A program made the position numbers and the translations under genes. A stretch of DNA of 63,974 nt, filler included, from an uncultured bacterium (GTDB lineage Bacteria > Hinthialibacterota > Hinthialibacteria > Hinthialibacterales > Hinthialibacteraceae), in the NCBI GenBank assembly GCA_964449065.1. It is 5 parts of 5 records of this genome, joined end to end, with 100 filler letters (N's around TTAATTAATTAA, not from the genome) between each part and the next. Parts side by side here need not be neighbours in the genome. Positions count along the whole stretch, not along the records: positions 14,502 to 28,896 come from CAYVAZ010000117.1; 4 more parts are not named here. One strand, given 5' to 3'. Under the pieces are notes generated by a model. That model had not been told where the DNA came from. It worked only from the letters and a program-made list of their open reading frames with translations, and did no database searches. Positions 19,352-27,421 of the stretch are shown here, in pieces; position 1 is the stretch's first letter; the number at the start of each line of letters is the position of its first letter.

Positions 19352-20281
19352 ATGCAGAATCGGATCGTTGAAATCGCCAGTGACGACGTGCACCTCTCAC
19401 TTTCGCGGGGATTCTTGAAACTGTCGCGTCAAGGGGTCGAGCTCGGCCGCGTTCCGATCCCGGATATTGCTGCGGTCCTTGTACGCGGTTATGGCGCGTC
19501 CGTTTCTTTGAACATGGCCGCGCGCCTCGCTAGCGAGAACATCCCGGTCATTCTGTGCGGCGCAAACCAGCTGCCCGCGTCAATCGTCTGGCCGCTGGAC
19601 GGTCATCATGCGCAGGGCCGCATCATGCAGGCGCAAAGTGTCCTCAGCCGCCCAAAACAGAAACGGCTTTGGCAGTCACTTGTCCAAGCAAAGATCAAGG
19701 CGCAGGCATGGGTGCTTGAGGCGGAAGACCGATCCGCCAAAGACCTGCGCCTGATGGCGCGGCAGGTCCGATCGGGTGACCCAGACAATATCGAAGCACG
19801 AGCAGCACGCGCCTACTGGAACCGTTTGATGGCACCGCTCGATGATGAATTCAGGCGTGACAGCGCGGCGGGCGGACTGAACGCCTGGCTGAACTACGGC
19901 TATGCAGTGCTTCGCGCCGGCACAGCGCGCGCCATCGTTTCTGCGGGCTTGCATCCGAGCCTATCGCTTCACCATGAGAGCCGCGGGGAAGCCTTGCGCC
20001 TGTCCTCCGACGTCATGGAGCCCTTCAGGCCATATGTGGATCTTGCTGTTGTCCGGCAGGCCAGCAACACGTCCGAGGCGCCGGGCGAACTCGACCCGGC
20101 ATCGAAAGCGGCCATTATCTCTGTCCTGAATCTCGACCTGCAAACGGTGCATGGCGTCAGTCCGGTGCAGACTTGCCTGAACCGGCTATGTCAGAGCCTC
20201 GCTGGCATATGCCTTGGAGAAGCCCGTCAACTCGACCTGCCGAGCGGCCTGGTCTTTGCAACAAAGGAGGCCGTCGAGTGA
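19352..20281 (+). CDS. cas1: Type II CRISPR-associated Cas1
   Basis: SGDPDNIEARAARAYW, NAWLNYGYAVLRA, GLHPSL and DVMEPFRPYVD motifs. Confidence 0.97.
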   Translation: MQNRIVEIASDDVHLSLSRGFLKLSRQGVELGRVPIPDIAAVLVRGYGASVSLNMAARLASENIPVILCGANQLPASIVWPLDGHHAQGRIMQAQSVLSRPKQKRLWQSLVQAKIKAQAWVLEAEDRSAKDLRLMARQVRSGDPDNIEARAARAYWNRLMAPLDDEFRRDSAAGGLNAWLNYGYAVLRAGTARAIVSAGLHPSLSLHHESRGEALRLSSDVMEPFRPYVDLAVVRQASNTSEAPGELDPASKAAIISVLNLDLQTVHGVSPVQTCLNRLCQSLAGICLGEARQLDLPSGLVFATKEAVE

Positions 20282-20619
20282 GAACGCTATCTCACCTGTC
20301 AGCCTATCAGCACATGTGGATTATGGTCCTCTTTGATCTGCCAACCACGACAAAAGAAGAGCGGGCAGCCTACACGCATTTCCGCGACTTCCTGCTCGAT
20401 CATAGCTTTGTCATGTCGCAATTTTCTGTCTATCTGCGACATGTGTCTGGCCGTGCGGAAGCTGCCCCCCTGATCGAACGTGTCAGTAAGGCTGTGCCAC
20501 CGGAAGGACGCGTCGATATTCTGCAATTCACCGACCGGCAGTATCGCGATATCGTCAGTTTACGCGGTCGTCGGCGACGCGATTCGCGGGAAAATCCCGC
20601 TCAACTGGTCTTGTTTTAG
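20278..20619 (+). CDS. cas2: CRISPR-associated Cas2
   Basis: GTG start overlapping the cas1 stop, with an AAGGAGG RBS; MWIMVLFDLP, FRDFLLDHSFVMSQFSVY, TDRQY, and a QLVLF end. Confidence 0.96.
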   Translation: MRTLSHLSAYQHMWIMVLFDLPTTTKEERAAYTHFRDFLLDHSFVMSQFSVYLRHVSGRAEAAPLIERVSKAVPPEGRVDILQFTDRQYRDIVSLRGRRRRDSRENPAQLVLF

Positions 20620-20622
20620 AAG

Positions 20623-20685
20623 GAGGCAGGCGATTTTCAGACGGACAGAAATCCGATTTCTTCTGTCTTTTCAATCGCCTGCCTC
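20623..20685. terminator. Long hairpin between cas2 and the array (candidate terminator or structured leader)
   Basis: Perfect 13-bp inverted repeat GAGGCAGGCGATT/AATCGCCTGCCTC enclosing GACAGAA/TTCTGTC. Confidence 0.6.
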
Positions 20686-20692
20686 TGTTCCG

Positions 20693-23266
20693 GTTATAGC
20701 ACTCTGGAAAAGCCGGACCAACCGCAACGGGGTCGTGATGATGGCGCGGGGCCTGTCGTTATAGCACTCTGGAAAAGCCGGACCAACCGCAACCAAGATC
20801 TGGGAGCCGGCTTGCGGGCCGGGGTTATAGCACTCTGGAAAAGCCGGACCAACCGCAACGGGCCTGGTCTTTGGTCTCCGGCCTGCTCGGTTATAGCACT
20901 CTGGAAAAGCCGGACCAACCGCAACCCGGCCGCCTCGCGAGCCTCGAACAGCTGCGTTATAGCACTCTGGAAAAGCCGGACCAACCGCAACTGTGTTTGG
21001 CAACCGTCCCCATGATGCCGAGTTATAGCACTCTGGAAAAGCCGGACCAACCGCAACGACAATCTCCCTGACAGCCCGGCTCATCGGGTTATAGCACTCT
21101 GGAAAAGCCGGACCAACCGCAACACGCAATCCGGCGCGGGCCCAGACAGAAAGTTATAGCACTCTGGAAAAGCCGGACCAACCGCAACTCCGAAAGCAGC
21201 GCCGGCCAATATAGCGGCGTTATAGCACTCTGGAAAAGCCGGACCAACCGCAACTGCCACTGGCCGGCTCATACACCGCGCTCTGTTATAGCACTCTGGA
21301 AAAGCCGGACCAACCGCAACGCCCGCCTGCGCAATCCACATCACGTCGCCGTTATAGCACTCTGGAAAAGCCGGACCAACCGCAACTGTGGCTGCCAGCG
21401 ATATAGCAGTATGGGCGTTATAGCACTCTGGAAAAGCCGGACCAACCGCAACTGAGTCCGACGTTTGGTAGCGGACAGGCTGTTATAGCACTCTGGAAAA
21501 GCCGGACCAACCGCAACTTGTGCCATGCCATCACATGCCCGTCAATGTTATAGCACTCTGGAAAAGCCGGACCAACCGCAACTGGGAGCAACTGGGGTCG
21601 TCGGCAGCCAATGTTATAGCACTCTGGAAAAGCCGGACCAACCGCAACTCCAGCCCAGGTAGGATTGTACGCGCTGTCGTTATAGCACTCTGGAAAAGCC
21701 GGACCAACCGCAACTCCAGCCCAGGCGCGATTGTACGCGCTGTTGTTATAGCACTCTGGAAAAGCCGGACCAACCGCAACCGAATGGCGACTAGATAGCC
21801 CTGCGGAATTGTTATAGCACTCTGGAAAAGCCGGACCAACCGCAACGCGGCAGAGATTGAGGGAGTGGCGGTGTGAGTTATAGCACTCTGGAAAAGCCGG
21901 ACCAACCGCAACAACTGCATTTGCCGAAGCCGCGTTGCACTAGTTATAGCACTCTGGAAAAGCCGGACCAACCGCAACTTGTGCCATGCCATCACATGCC
22001 CGTCAACGTTATAGCACTCTGGAAAAGCCGGACCAACCGCAACACTGAATAAGAGGAAAAGAAATGACCCTGTGTTATAGCACTCTGGAAAAGCCGGACC
22101 AACCGCAACCTTGAACGGGCCTTCCTCGAACCTGTAGACGTTATAGCACTCTGGAAAAGCCGGACCAACCGCAACCAACTGGAAGCGTTGGGCATCCAGC
22201 CGGCGTTATAGCACTCTGGAAAAGCCGGACCAACCGCAACTTGTGCCATGCCATCACATGCCCGTCAACGTTATAGCACTCTGGAAAAGCCGGACCAACC
22301 GCAACGGAAACTCGCGCAGCTCACCGATGCGCGCAGTTATAGCACTCTGGAAAAGCCGGACCAACCGCAACTGAGTGGTCGCAGCTCCGCCCAATACAAG
22401 GTTATAGCACTCTGGAAAAGCCGGACCAACCGCAACCGCCCGGACGCAACACCCGATCATCGCCTCGTTATAGCACTCTGGAAAAGCCGGACCAACCGCA
22501 ACTGGGGGTTACATGAATGCACAAGGGCTGTTGTTATAGCACTCTGGAAAAGCCGGACCAACCGCAACCGCCCGCCTTGACACCCGCCAGCGAATAGCGT
22601 TATAGCACTCTGGAAAAGCCGGACCAACCGCAACGGCATCACCATTGACGTTACGGGCCGGCGCGTTATAGCACTCTGGAAAAGCCGGACCAACCGCAAC
22701 GGAAACTCGCGCAGCTCANNNNNNNNNNNNNNNNNNNNNNNNNNNNNNNNNNNNNNNNNNNNNNNNNNNNNNNNNNNNNNNNNNNNNNNNNNNNNNNNNN
22801 NNNNNNNNNNNNNNNNNNCAGCTCCGCCCAATACAAGGTTATAGCACTCTGGAAAAGCCGGACCAACCGCAACGAACGCCCGCCGTATATTTTGCCCAGG
22901 CCGTTATAGCACTCTGGAAAAGCCGGACCAACCGCAACTCACACACCGAATGCCCTCCCAATGCCTGCGTTATAGCACTCTGGAAAAGCCGGACCAACCG
23001 CAACTCAATCGATCCCGAAGCCTTTGATACAGCGTTATAGCACTCTGGAAAAGCCGGACCAACCGCAACGCGAGGGTGTCAGGGCCCAGCCCGTCATCAG
23101 TTATAGCACTCTGGAAAAGCCGGACCAACCGCAACCCGTCAGGCCGCTGAACGATGTGCCCAGATGTTATAGCACTCTGGAAAAGCCGGACCAACCGCAA
23201 CGCAGACGTCCGACGATGCGCTGACCGGAGGTTATAGCACTCTGGAAGAGCCGGACCAACCGTCCC
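20693..23266 (-). CRISPR. Type II-C CRISPR array: 36-bp repeat GTTGCGGTTGGTCCGGCTTTTCCAGAGTGCTATAAC (minus strand), 38 visible repeats, 29-30 nt spacers
   Basis: Counted 31 repeats before and 7 after a 100-N gap (22719-22818). The terminal repeat at 23231-23266, distal to cas2, is degenerate. Orientation is inferred from tracrRNA pairing and the TGCTATAAC extended -10-like box. Confidence 0.99.
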
Positions 23267-23268
23267 CC

Positions 23269-23517
23269 TCAAACCTCCTCCCTCAACACCCGCATCGCCT
23301 TGAGCAGCGCGGCGATCTCCCGCCGGCGCTCCATCGCCTCGCTTGAATACATTCCATGCTTCAGCGCGCGCCTATTCCCGGCCGGCGCCCCTGGGGACTT
23401 TCCGCCGTGCATCCGGCAGCGTCCATTGGCCATCGCCGGGGATCGGCAGGCCGTCCCGGCCCGCGTCTGCGCCCCGCAACGGGGGCTCAGATGCATCGCC
23501 AGCCTGTTGCCTTGCAT
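23269..23517 (-). CDS. HGGxSTG-domain protein (terminase small subunit-like)
   Basis: RCGAQTRAGTACRSPAMANGRCRMHGGKSPGAPAGNRRALKHG; 82 aa from ATG 23517. Confidence 0.82.
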   Translation of the reverse strand: MQGNRLAMHLSPRCGAQTRAGTACRSPAMANGRCRMHGGKSPGAPAGNRRALKHGMYSSEAMERRREIAALLKAMRVLREEV

Positions 23518-24061
23518 GGGGTTGTTCCTCCATTTTCGTCTCTGCCCCTCCCCCCTGCCGGCCCGATCCGGCCTCGACAGACCCGACAACCGCCTGCCCG
23601 CCGGAATGCACATGCACATGCTCGACGGTGACCTTCTGCTGGCCCTTGCCGCGATGGCGGTTCAGCGCCTCCAGCAGGGTCACCCAGGTCCGCGACAGCT
23701 TGTTCGCCTGGGAAAGATTTTCCTTGCGCCCCTCGAATGTCTGGTCGCCGATCATGCCTCTGCGATAGCACTCCATGGCCGCGCTGTGGGCCGCAATCAT
23801 TTGCGTCGCCATCATCGCTTCAAGCGGATCACGAGGTGAGATATCCATAAGGCCACAAAGAGCCGCGGTCATCAGCTCGGTCTTCTTGTCGTCCTCGGCA
23901 TGCTTGAGCCAGAGCGCCTGAGCCACCTGGTCGGTGATCATCTTGTTCCAGTTATCGGATTGAGATCCGCCGAACGCCTTCAACTTGCCCTTCCGGTCGG
24001 CCGGGTTATCGGGCCTCACCTCAACGGTCTCCTTGCCCTGTCCGGATTTACGCTTGCTCAT
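23372..24061 (-). CDS. Conserved hypothetical protein of alphaproteobacterial integrative/satellite elements
   Basis: PRDPLEAMMATQM and LEALNRHRGKGQQKVTVEHVHVHSGGQAVVG motifs; GGGAG RBS; overlaps the HGGxSTG ORF. Confidence 0.8.
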   Translation of the reverse strand: MSKRKSGQGKETVEVRPDNPADRKGKLKAFGGSQSDNWNKMITDQVAQALWLKHAEDDKKTELMTAALCGLMDISPRDPLEAMMATQMIAAHSAAMECYRRGMIGDQTFEGRKENLSQANKLSRTWVTLLEALNRHRGKGQQKVTVEHVHVHSGGQAVVGSVEAGSGRQGGGAETKMEEQPHARQQAGDASEPPLRGADAGRDGLPIPGDGQWTLPDARRKVPRGAGRE

Positions 24062-24088
24062 TGCACTTGCTCCCTTACCGTCACCCGC

Positions 24089-25963
24089 TCAGTGCGCACC
24101 CGGACCATCCTGCCAGGCGCCATTCATGTTCCCGTGGCCCTCAGCGTGGGGAAAATTTGCGTCCGCATCGTCCGCTGCGTCCGCGTCTGGCGTCCCTGAA
24201 GGCCCCGCAGCATTCCCGCGTGCGGACGATGCGGACGCAGCGGACGCAAAATCGCCATCCTCGGCCCCGTGATGGAAACCCGCCCCGCGCGCAATCGAGA
24301 TGACCCGCCGCCGCTTCCGGCCTTCCTTGAAGCGGGCGACAGGAATCCCGATCGCCGCCAGAGCCGGCTCGATGCGGGCGAGGCGCTGGGACAGGGCGCG
24401 TGGACTGGCCGGCAGACGCTCCTCGCCGGACAGGCGGCCCGCCGCCCGGTCTCGCAGGATTCGCAACAGGTCCTTCGCCGTGCCCTGCCAGGCCTCAAGA
24501 TCCGCCATGAGTTCGGCGATCGCGCTGCCAAGGCCATCGGCCTCGACCATGTCCTCGCTCGCCTCGTGCCGGTTGGCCTCATAGGCTGCGAGAAACCTGC
24601 CAGCCTCGGCAAAGGTCGCCTCGCGCGCCAGCGAGGCCAGCGCAAAATCGGCCATGCGCGGCAAGCGGTCGATCTGCACCTCACCCGCCTGCTTCAGGCC
24701 CAGCACAAGCCCGTCCAGCAGCGCACCGAACAGGGCCGGGCGGTCCGCCTCGAAGGCAGCCGAGAGCTCGGCCTCCGTCCGCCGCCTTTCATCAGGAATG
24801 GTCTCCAGTCGCAGGAAGAGCGACCGGTCGGCAAGGTCTGCGCGCGTCACCATCGTTTCGATCCCGTTGAGAATGACCGGCCGCATGGCCTCGATCACTG
24901 TCTCGTCCTTGTCGGTATAGAGCTTGCGCTTGGCATGCCCGCCCCCGGTGGACACTCGGCAGAGCGAGTCTGACAGCCAGTTGGGCAGGGTCGAAACATT
25001 GTCGAAAGACAGCAGCCAGCCATTGGCGGCAGAAACATAAAGATCGCCTTCCTCGCGCGGCAGCGGCCTGAGCATGGACCTGTTCGGATCGATCAGGCTG
25101 CGCACAAGCCTGCAGAAGCTGGACTTTGCCGAGCCCTGTCCGCCATGCACGACCAGGACAGGATAAGGACCTGTTCCGGTCAGGGCAGCGAGCATCCAGG
25201 CGCAGAGCAGGATGAAGCCCGCCTCATCGGCGATGTTGAGATGGCTCTTCAACATGGCAAGCGAGCCGCCGGGCTCCGGGCGCGGCAGGGCCAGCATGCC
25301 GGATGCGCGCCGGAACCGCACGGGCGAACGCGCGACCACCCGCCAGCCCCACGCGTCGACCTCGGCCGCTTCCCAGGCGTCATTGCAAAGGTCCACATAA
25401 AGCCGGCCTTCATGGACGGCGCAGCGAAGATAAGTCGCCTCTTCTTCACCCTCATGGATTGCGCGCGCCTCGATCAGGTTGACCGCCGCCCTCAGCGCCT
25501 CCGAATTTGGCGCTCCGCCCGTCTCCTCAAAATACCGCGCGCGCAGCCAGCGCGCAAAGCCTTCGCTCATCACAGCCCAGGTCTCGCAATGGCCACCCTT
25601 CTCGATCTCTGCAAAGGCCTCACAATCACGGGTGTGGAAAAGCCGTGCCTCATTGGCAAAACCCGCAAGAACGTCGGCCTGTCCAGGTGCCTCGTCCGGC
25701 GAGCCCGCAAGGGTACGCAGCGCCCGGTCAAGCTCACCCATCAGGCAACCGGTGGACTTCAACCGGTTGCGAAGCCGCTGGAAGGCGGGCAGGTCGTCGG
25801 CCTTGAGCCGGGCCAGCGCCTCCAGAACCTCAGCCTCGAAGGGCGCGCCGACATCCTCGTGCGTCCGCTCGACCAAACCGTCCAGCGGATCGGCAATGGC
25901 CTCAGCGGCTTCGATCGCATCGAGGATCGGGTTCGGTGCCTCGCTGGCGGTCTCCTCGCTCAT
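24089..25963 (-). CDS. P-loop ATPase/helicase of the replication module
   Basis: Walker A GGQGSAKS, Walker B-like LLSFDNVS, RKLYTDKDE and DLADRS motifs; ATGA coupling to the primase gene. Confidence 0.85.
   Translation of the reverse strand: MSEETASEAPNPILDAIEAAEAIADPLDGLVERTHEDVGAPFEAEVLEALARLKADDLPAFQRLRNRLKSTGCLMGELDRALRTLAGSPDEAPGQADVLAGFANEARLFHTRDCEAFAEIEKGGHCETWAVMSEGFARWLRARYFEETGGAPNSEALRAAVNLIEARAIHEGEEEATYLRCAVHEGRLYVDLCNDAWEAAEVDAWGWRVVARSPVRFRRASGMLALPRPEPGGSLAMLKSHLNIADEAGFILLCAWMLAALTGTGPYPVLVVHGGQGSAKSSFCRLVRSLIDPNRSMLRPLPREEGDLYVSAANGWLLSFDNVSTLPNWLSDSLCRVSTGGGHAKRKLYTDKDETVIEAMRPVILNGIETMVTRADLADRSLFLRLETIPDERRRTEAELSAAFEADRPALFGALLDGLVLGLKQAGEVQIDRLPRMADFALASLAREATFAEAGRFLAAYEANRHEASEDMVEADGLGSAIAELMADLEAWQGTAKDLLRILRDRAAGRLSGEERLPASPRALSQRLARIEPALAAIGIPVARFKEGRKRRRVISIARGAGFHHGAEDGDFASAASASSARGNAAGPSGTPDADAADDADANFPHAEGHGNMNGAWQDGPGAH
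24156..24250. repeat. Inverted iteron cluster (CGTCCGC x3 facing GCGGACG x3); candidate replication origin
   Basis: Left copies at 24160/24169/24178 and right copies at 24222/24231/24240, each set with a 9-bp period, inside the low-complexity 3' end of the helicase gene. Confidence 0.7.
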
Positions 25964-26856
25964 ATCGCACTGGCCTCATCGCAAGGCGCGCGGCCCAGCA
26001 ACATGTCGTTGAAATCCAGACCCTCAGGTGGCCGGGCGATCCGCACGGTCCGCCCCTGCCGCATCCAGCGCAAGGCGCAGTCGCGGGCCGCCGCCTCTCC
26101 GGCATCATCGCCATCGGCCAGAACGATCACGTCCCGGACCGCCTCGGGAAGTTCGAGCGAGCGCATCCCGGACGTCGAGAGCGCTGCCCAGGCAGGAAGA
26201 CCGCTCACCTGCATGGCTGAGAGGCACGTCTCGATCCCCTCGCCAACCATCAGCACCTCACTCGGCTCTGCAAGGCGCACCGCCCCGCCACGGCAGGGCC
26301 CGAGCATCATCTTTGCTGGCTTGACTGGCGCCTTGCCGGCTTCGTCGCGGGCAAGGAAGGTCCGGTGGATCGCCAGCGGCGCGCCGTTCTGCCCGTGTGT
26401 CACAAGCGCCACCATGCCCGGCCAGGTCCCGCCCGTCTTGTGTTTCAGGCCTGCATGAAAACGCAGCACCGGCTGGCGCGGCAGCGACAGGCCGCGCGCG
26501 GCGAGATAAGTCTCGACAGGCGTGCCGCCGGGCGGCCGACCAGCCTCCCAGACCGAGAGGGCATAAGCGCTGCGCTCGTCATCCTTCCGATCCGTCGGCT
26601 CAGGCTTTGCAGAACCACGGCGAACGCCGGGCCGGCGCGCCCCGCCAGCATCAGCCCATAAGCCCCGCGACCGCAGCGCGGCGATTACAGCCCGCTGCTC
26701 GCAACCGGCGTGGCAATGCACGAGGACGCGCGCGCCCCTGTCCGTGATCGAAAGGCTCGGGCGCCTGTCCTCATGCGCCGGGCAGCAGGCCACCCAGCCC
26801 GCCCCGCTGCGCTGCCCGCCAAGGGCGCGCGCGATCCACTCAGCGGGCGCAGTCAT
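25960..26856 (-). CDS. Zn-finger plus Toprim DNA primase
   Basis: CCPAHEDRRPSLSI, YLAARGL, IHRTFL, VGEGIETCLS, LADGDDAG and DFND motifs; likely start ATG 26856. Confidence 0.9.
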   Translation of the reverse strand: MTAPAEWIARALGGQRSGAGWVACCPAHEDRRPSLSITDRGARVLVHCHAGCEQRAVIAALRSRGLWADAGGARRPGVRRGSAKPEPTDRKDDERSAYALSVWEAGRPPGGTPVETYLAARGLSLPRQPVLRFHAGLKHKTGGTWPGMVALVTHGQNGAPLAIHRTFLARDEAGKAPVKPAKMMLGPCRGGAVRLAEPSEVLMVGEGIETCLSAMQVSGLPAWAALSTSGMRSLELPEAVRDVIVLADGDDAGEAAARDCALRWMRQGRTVRIARPPEGLDFNDMLLGRAPCDEASAI

Positions 26857-27055
26857 CTGCGGCTCCCATCGGCAGCGGCCCGTTCGTGTTCTGGTGCAGG
26901 CGCTCGGCCTCGAACGCCTCCACATCGGCAAGGCGATACACCACCCGCCCGCCAAGCTTCAGGTATTTCGGCCCGCGCCCTTGCCAGCGCCACTGCTCCA
27001 GCGTGCGCTCGGAAATGCCCCAGCGCGCGGCCAGCGTCTTCTGTCTCAGATTCAT
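26840..27055 (-). CDS. Excisionase/AlpA-like HTH DNA-binding protein
   Basis: LAARWGISERTLEQWRWQGRGPKYLKLGGRVVYRLADVEAFE. Confidence 0.9.
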   Translation of the reverse strand: MNLRQKTLAARWGISERTLEQWRWQGRGPKYLKLGGRVVYRLADVEAFEAERLHQNTNGPLPMGAADDCAR

Positions 27056-27421
27056 GTCTCTCGCGTCCTGCGTGACACGCCCTGCCCACATGCATTGCGC
27101 TTGATCACGACGGACATCTTCGCGGTTCTGTCCGCGCAAGTCTGTGTTCAGTCACGAAGAAAGCTGTGACGTTGGGACTGGTAAATCATCAATGAATTCA
27201 GCGGCCGAATGCGCGGTCCGTGACAGGCCCGCCAAGTCTTGTGACATCTTGTCGGGCGCGCGAGGCAGAAGACGGCGGAAATGGGAGCAGTGCAAGCTGA
27301 TGGAAGATGTTCGGCTCGCGGGATGATCCCGCTGTCAGCAATGGGCGCAAAAGGAGCCATAAGGAATCCGGCCTGGCAGGAGCATTGAGGCGTGATCGAA
27401 TGGCAACTGAAGGCGGAATTC

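Larger units (their letters stand above)
14508..27250. mobile_element. tRNA-Arg-targeting integrative element, phage-satellite-like (PICI/P4-like), carrying type II-C CRISPR-Cas9; right boundary not seen
   Basis: att fragment and integrase on the left, with a convergent module of HTH/excisionase, Toprim primase, P-loop helicase, conserved hypothetical and HGGxSTG genes. No capsid, tail or conjugation genes are visible. The second att/intact tRNA was not found before the contig ends at 28896. Confidence 0.8.

Noticed and set aside
14735..20619. CRISPR-associated transposon or Cas-guided integration
   Set aside because: No tnsABC/tniQ genes; Cas9 nuclease motifs are intact; the integrase has an ordinary tRNA att site; no spacer matching the att was seen.
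21649..21744. Spacer 15/16 differences as diversity-generating retroelement (adenine-specific) variation
   Set aside because: The differences are more simply explained as one codon swap plus a wobble change; no template repeat or reverse transcriptase is available to test it.
20693..23266. Self-targeting spacers within the window
   Set aside because: No near-perfect protospacer was noticed by eye (best seen: 20/30 to int). This was not an exhaustive search.
20671..23272. Many ORFs with repeated peptides (VAVGPAFPECYN, LRLVRLFQSAIT)
   Set aside because: These are translations of the CRISPR repeats, not proteins.
24124..26747. Long alternative ORFs over the helicase/primase genes (e.g. 25145-26458 +, 437 aa)
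   Set aside because: Shadow ORFs expected in high-GC DNA; no recognisable motifs.
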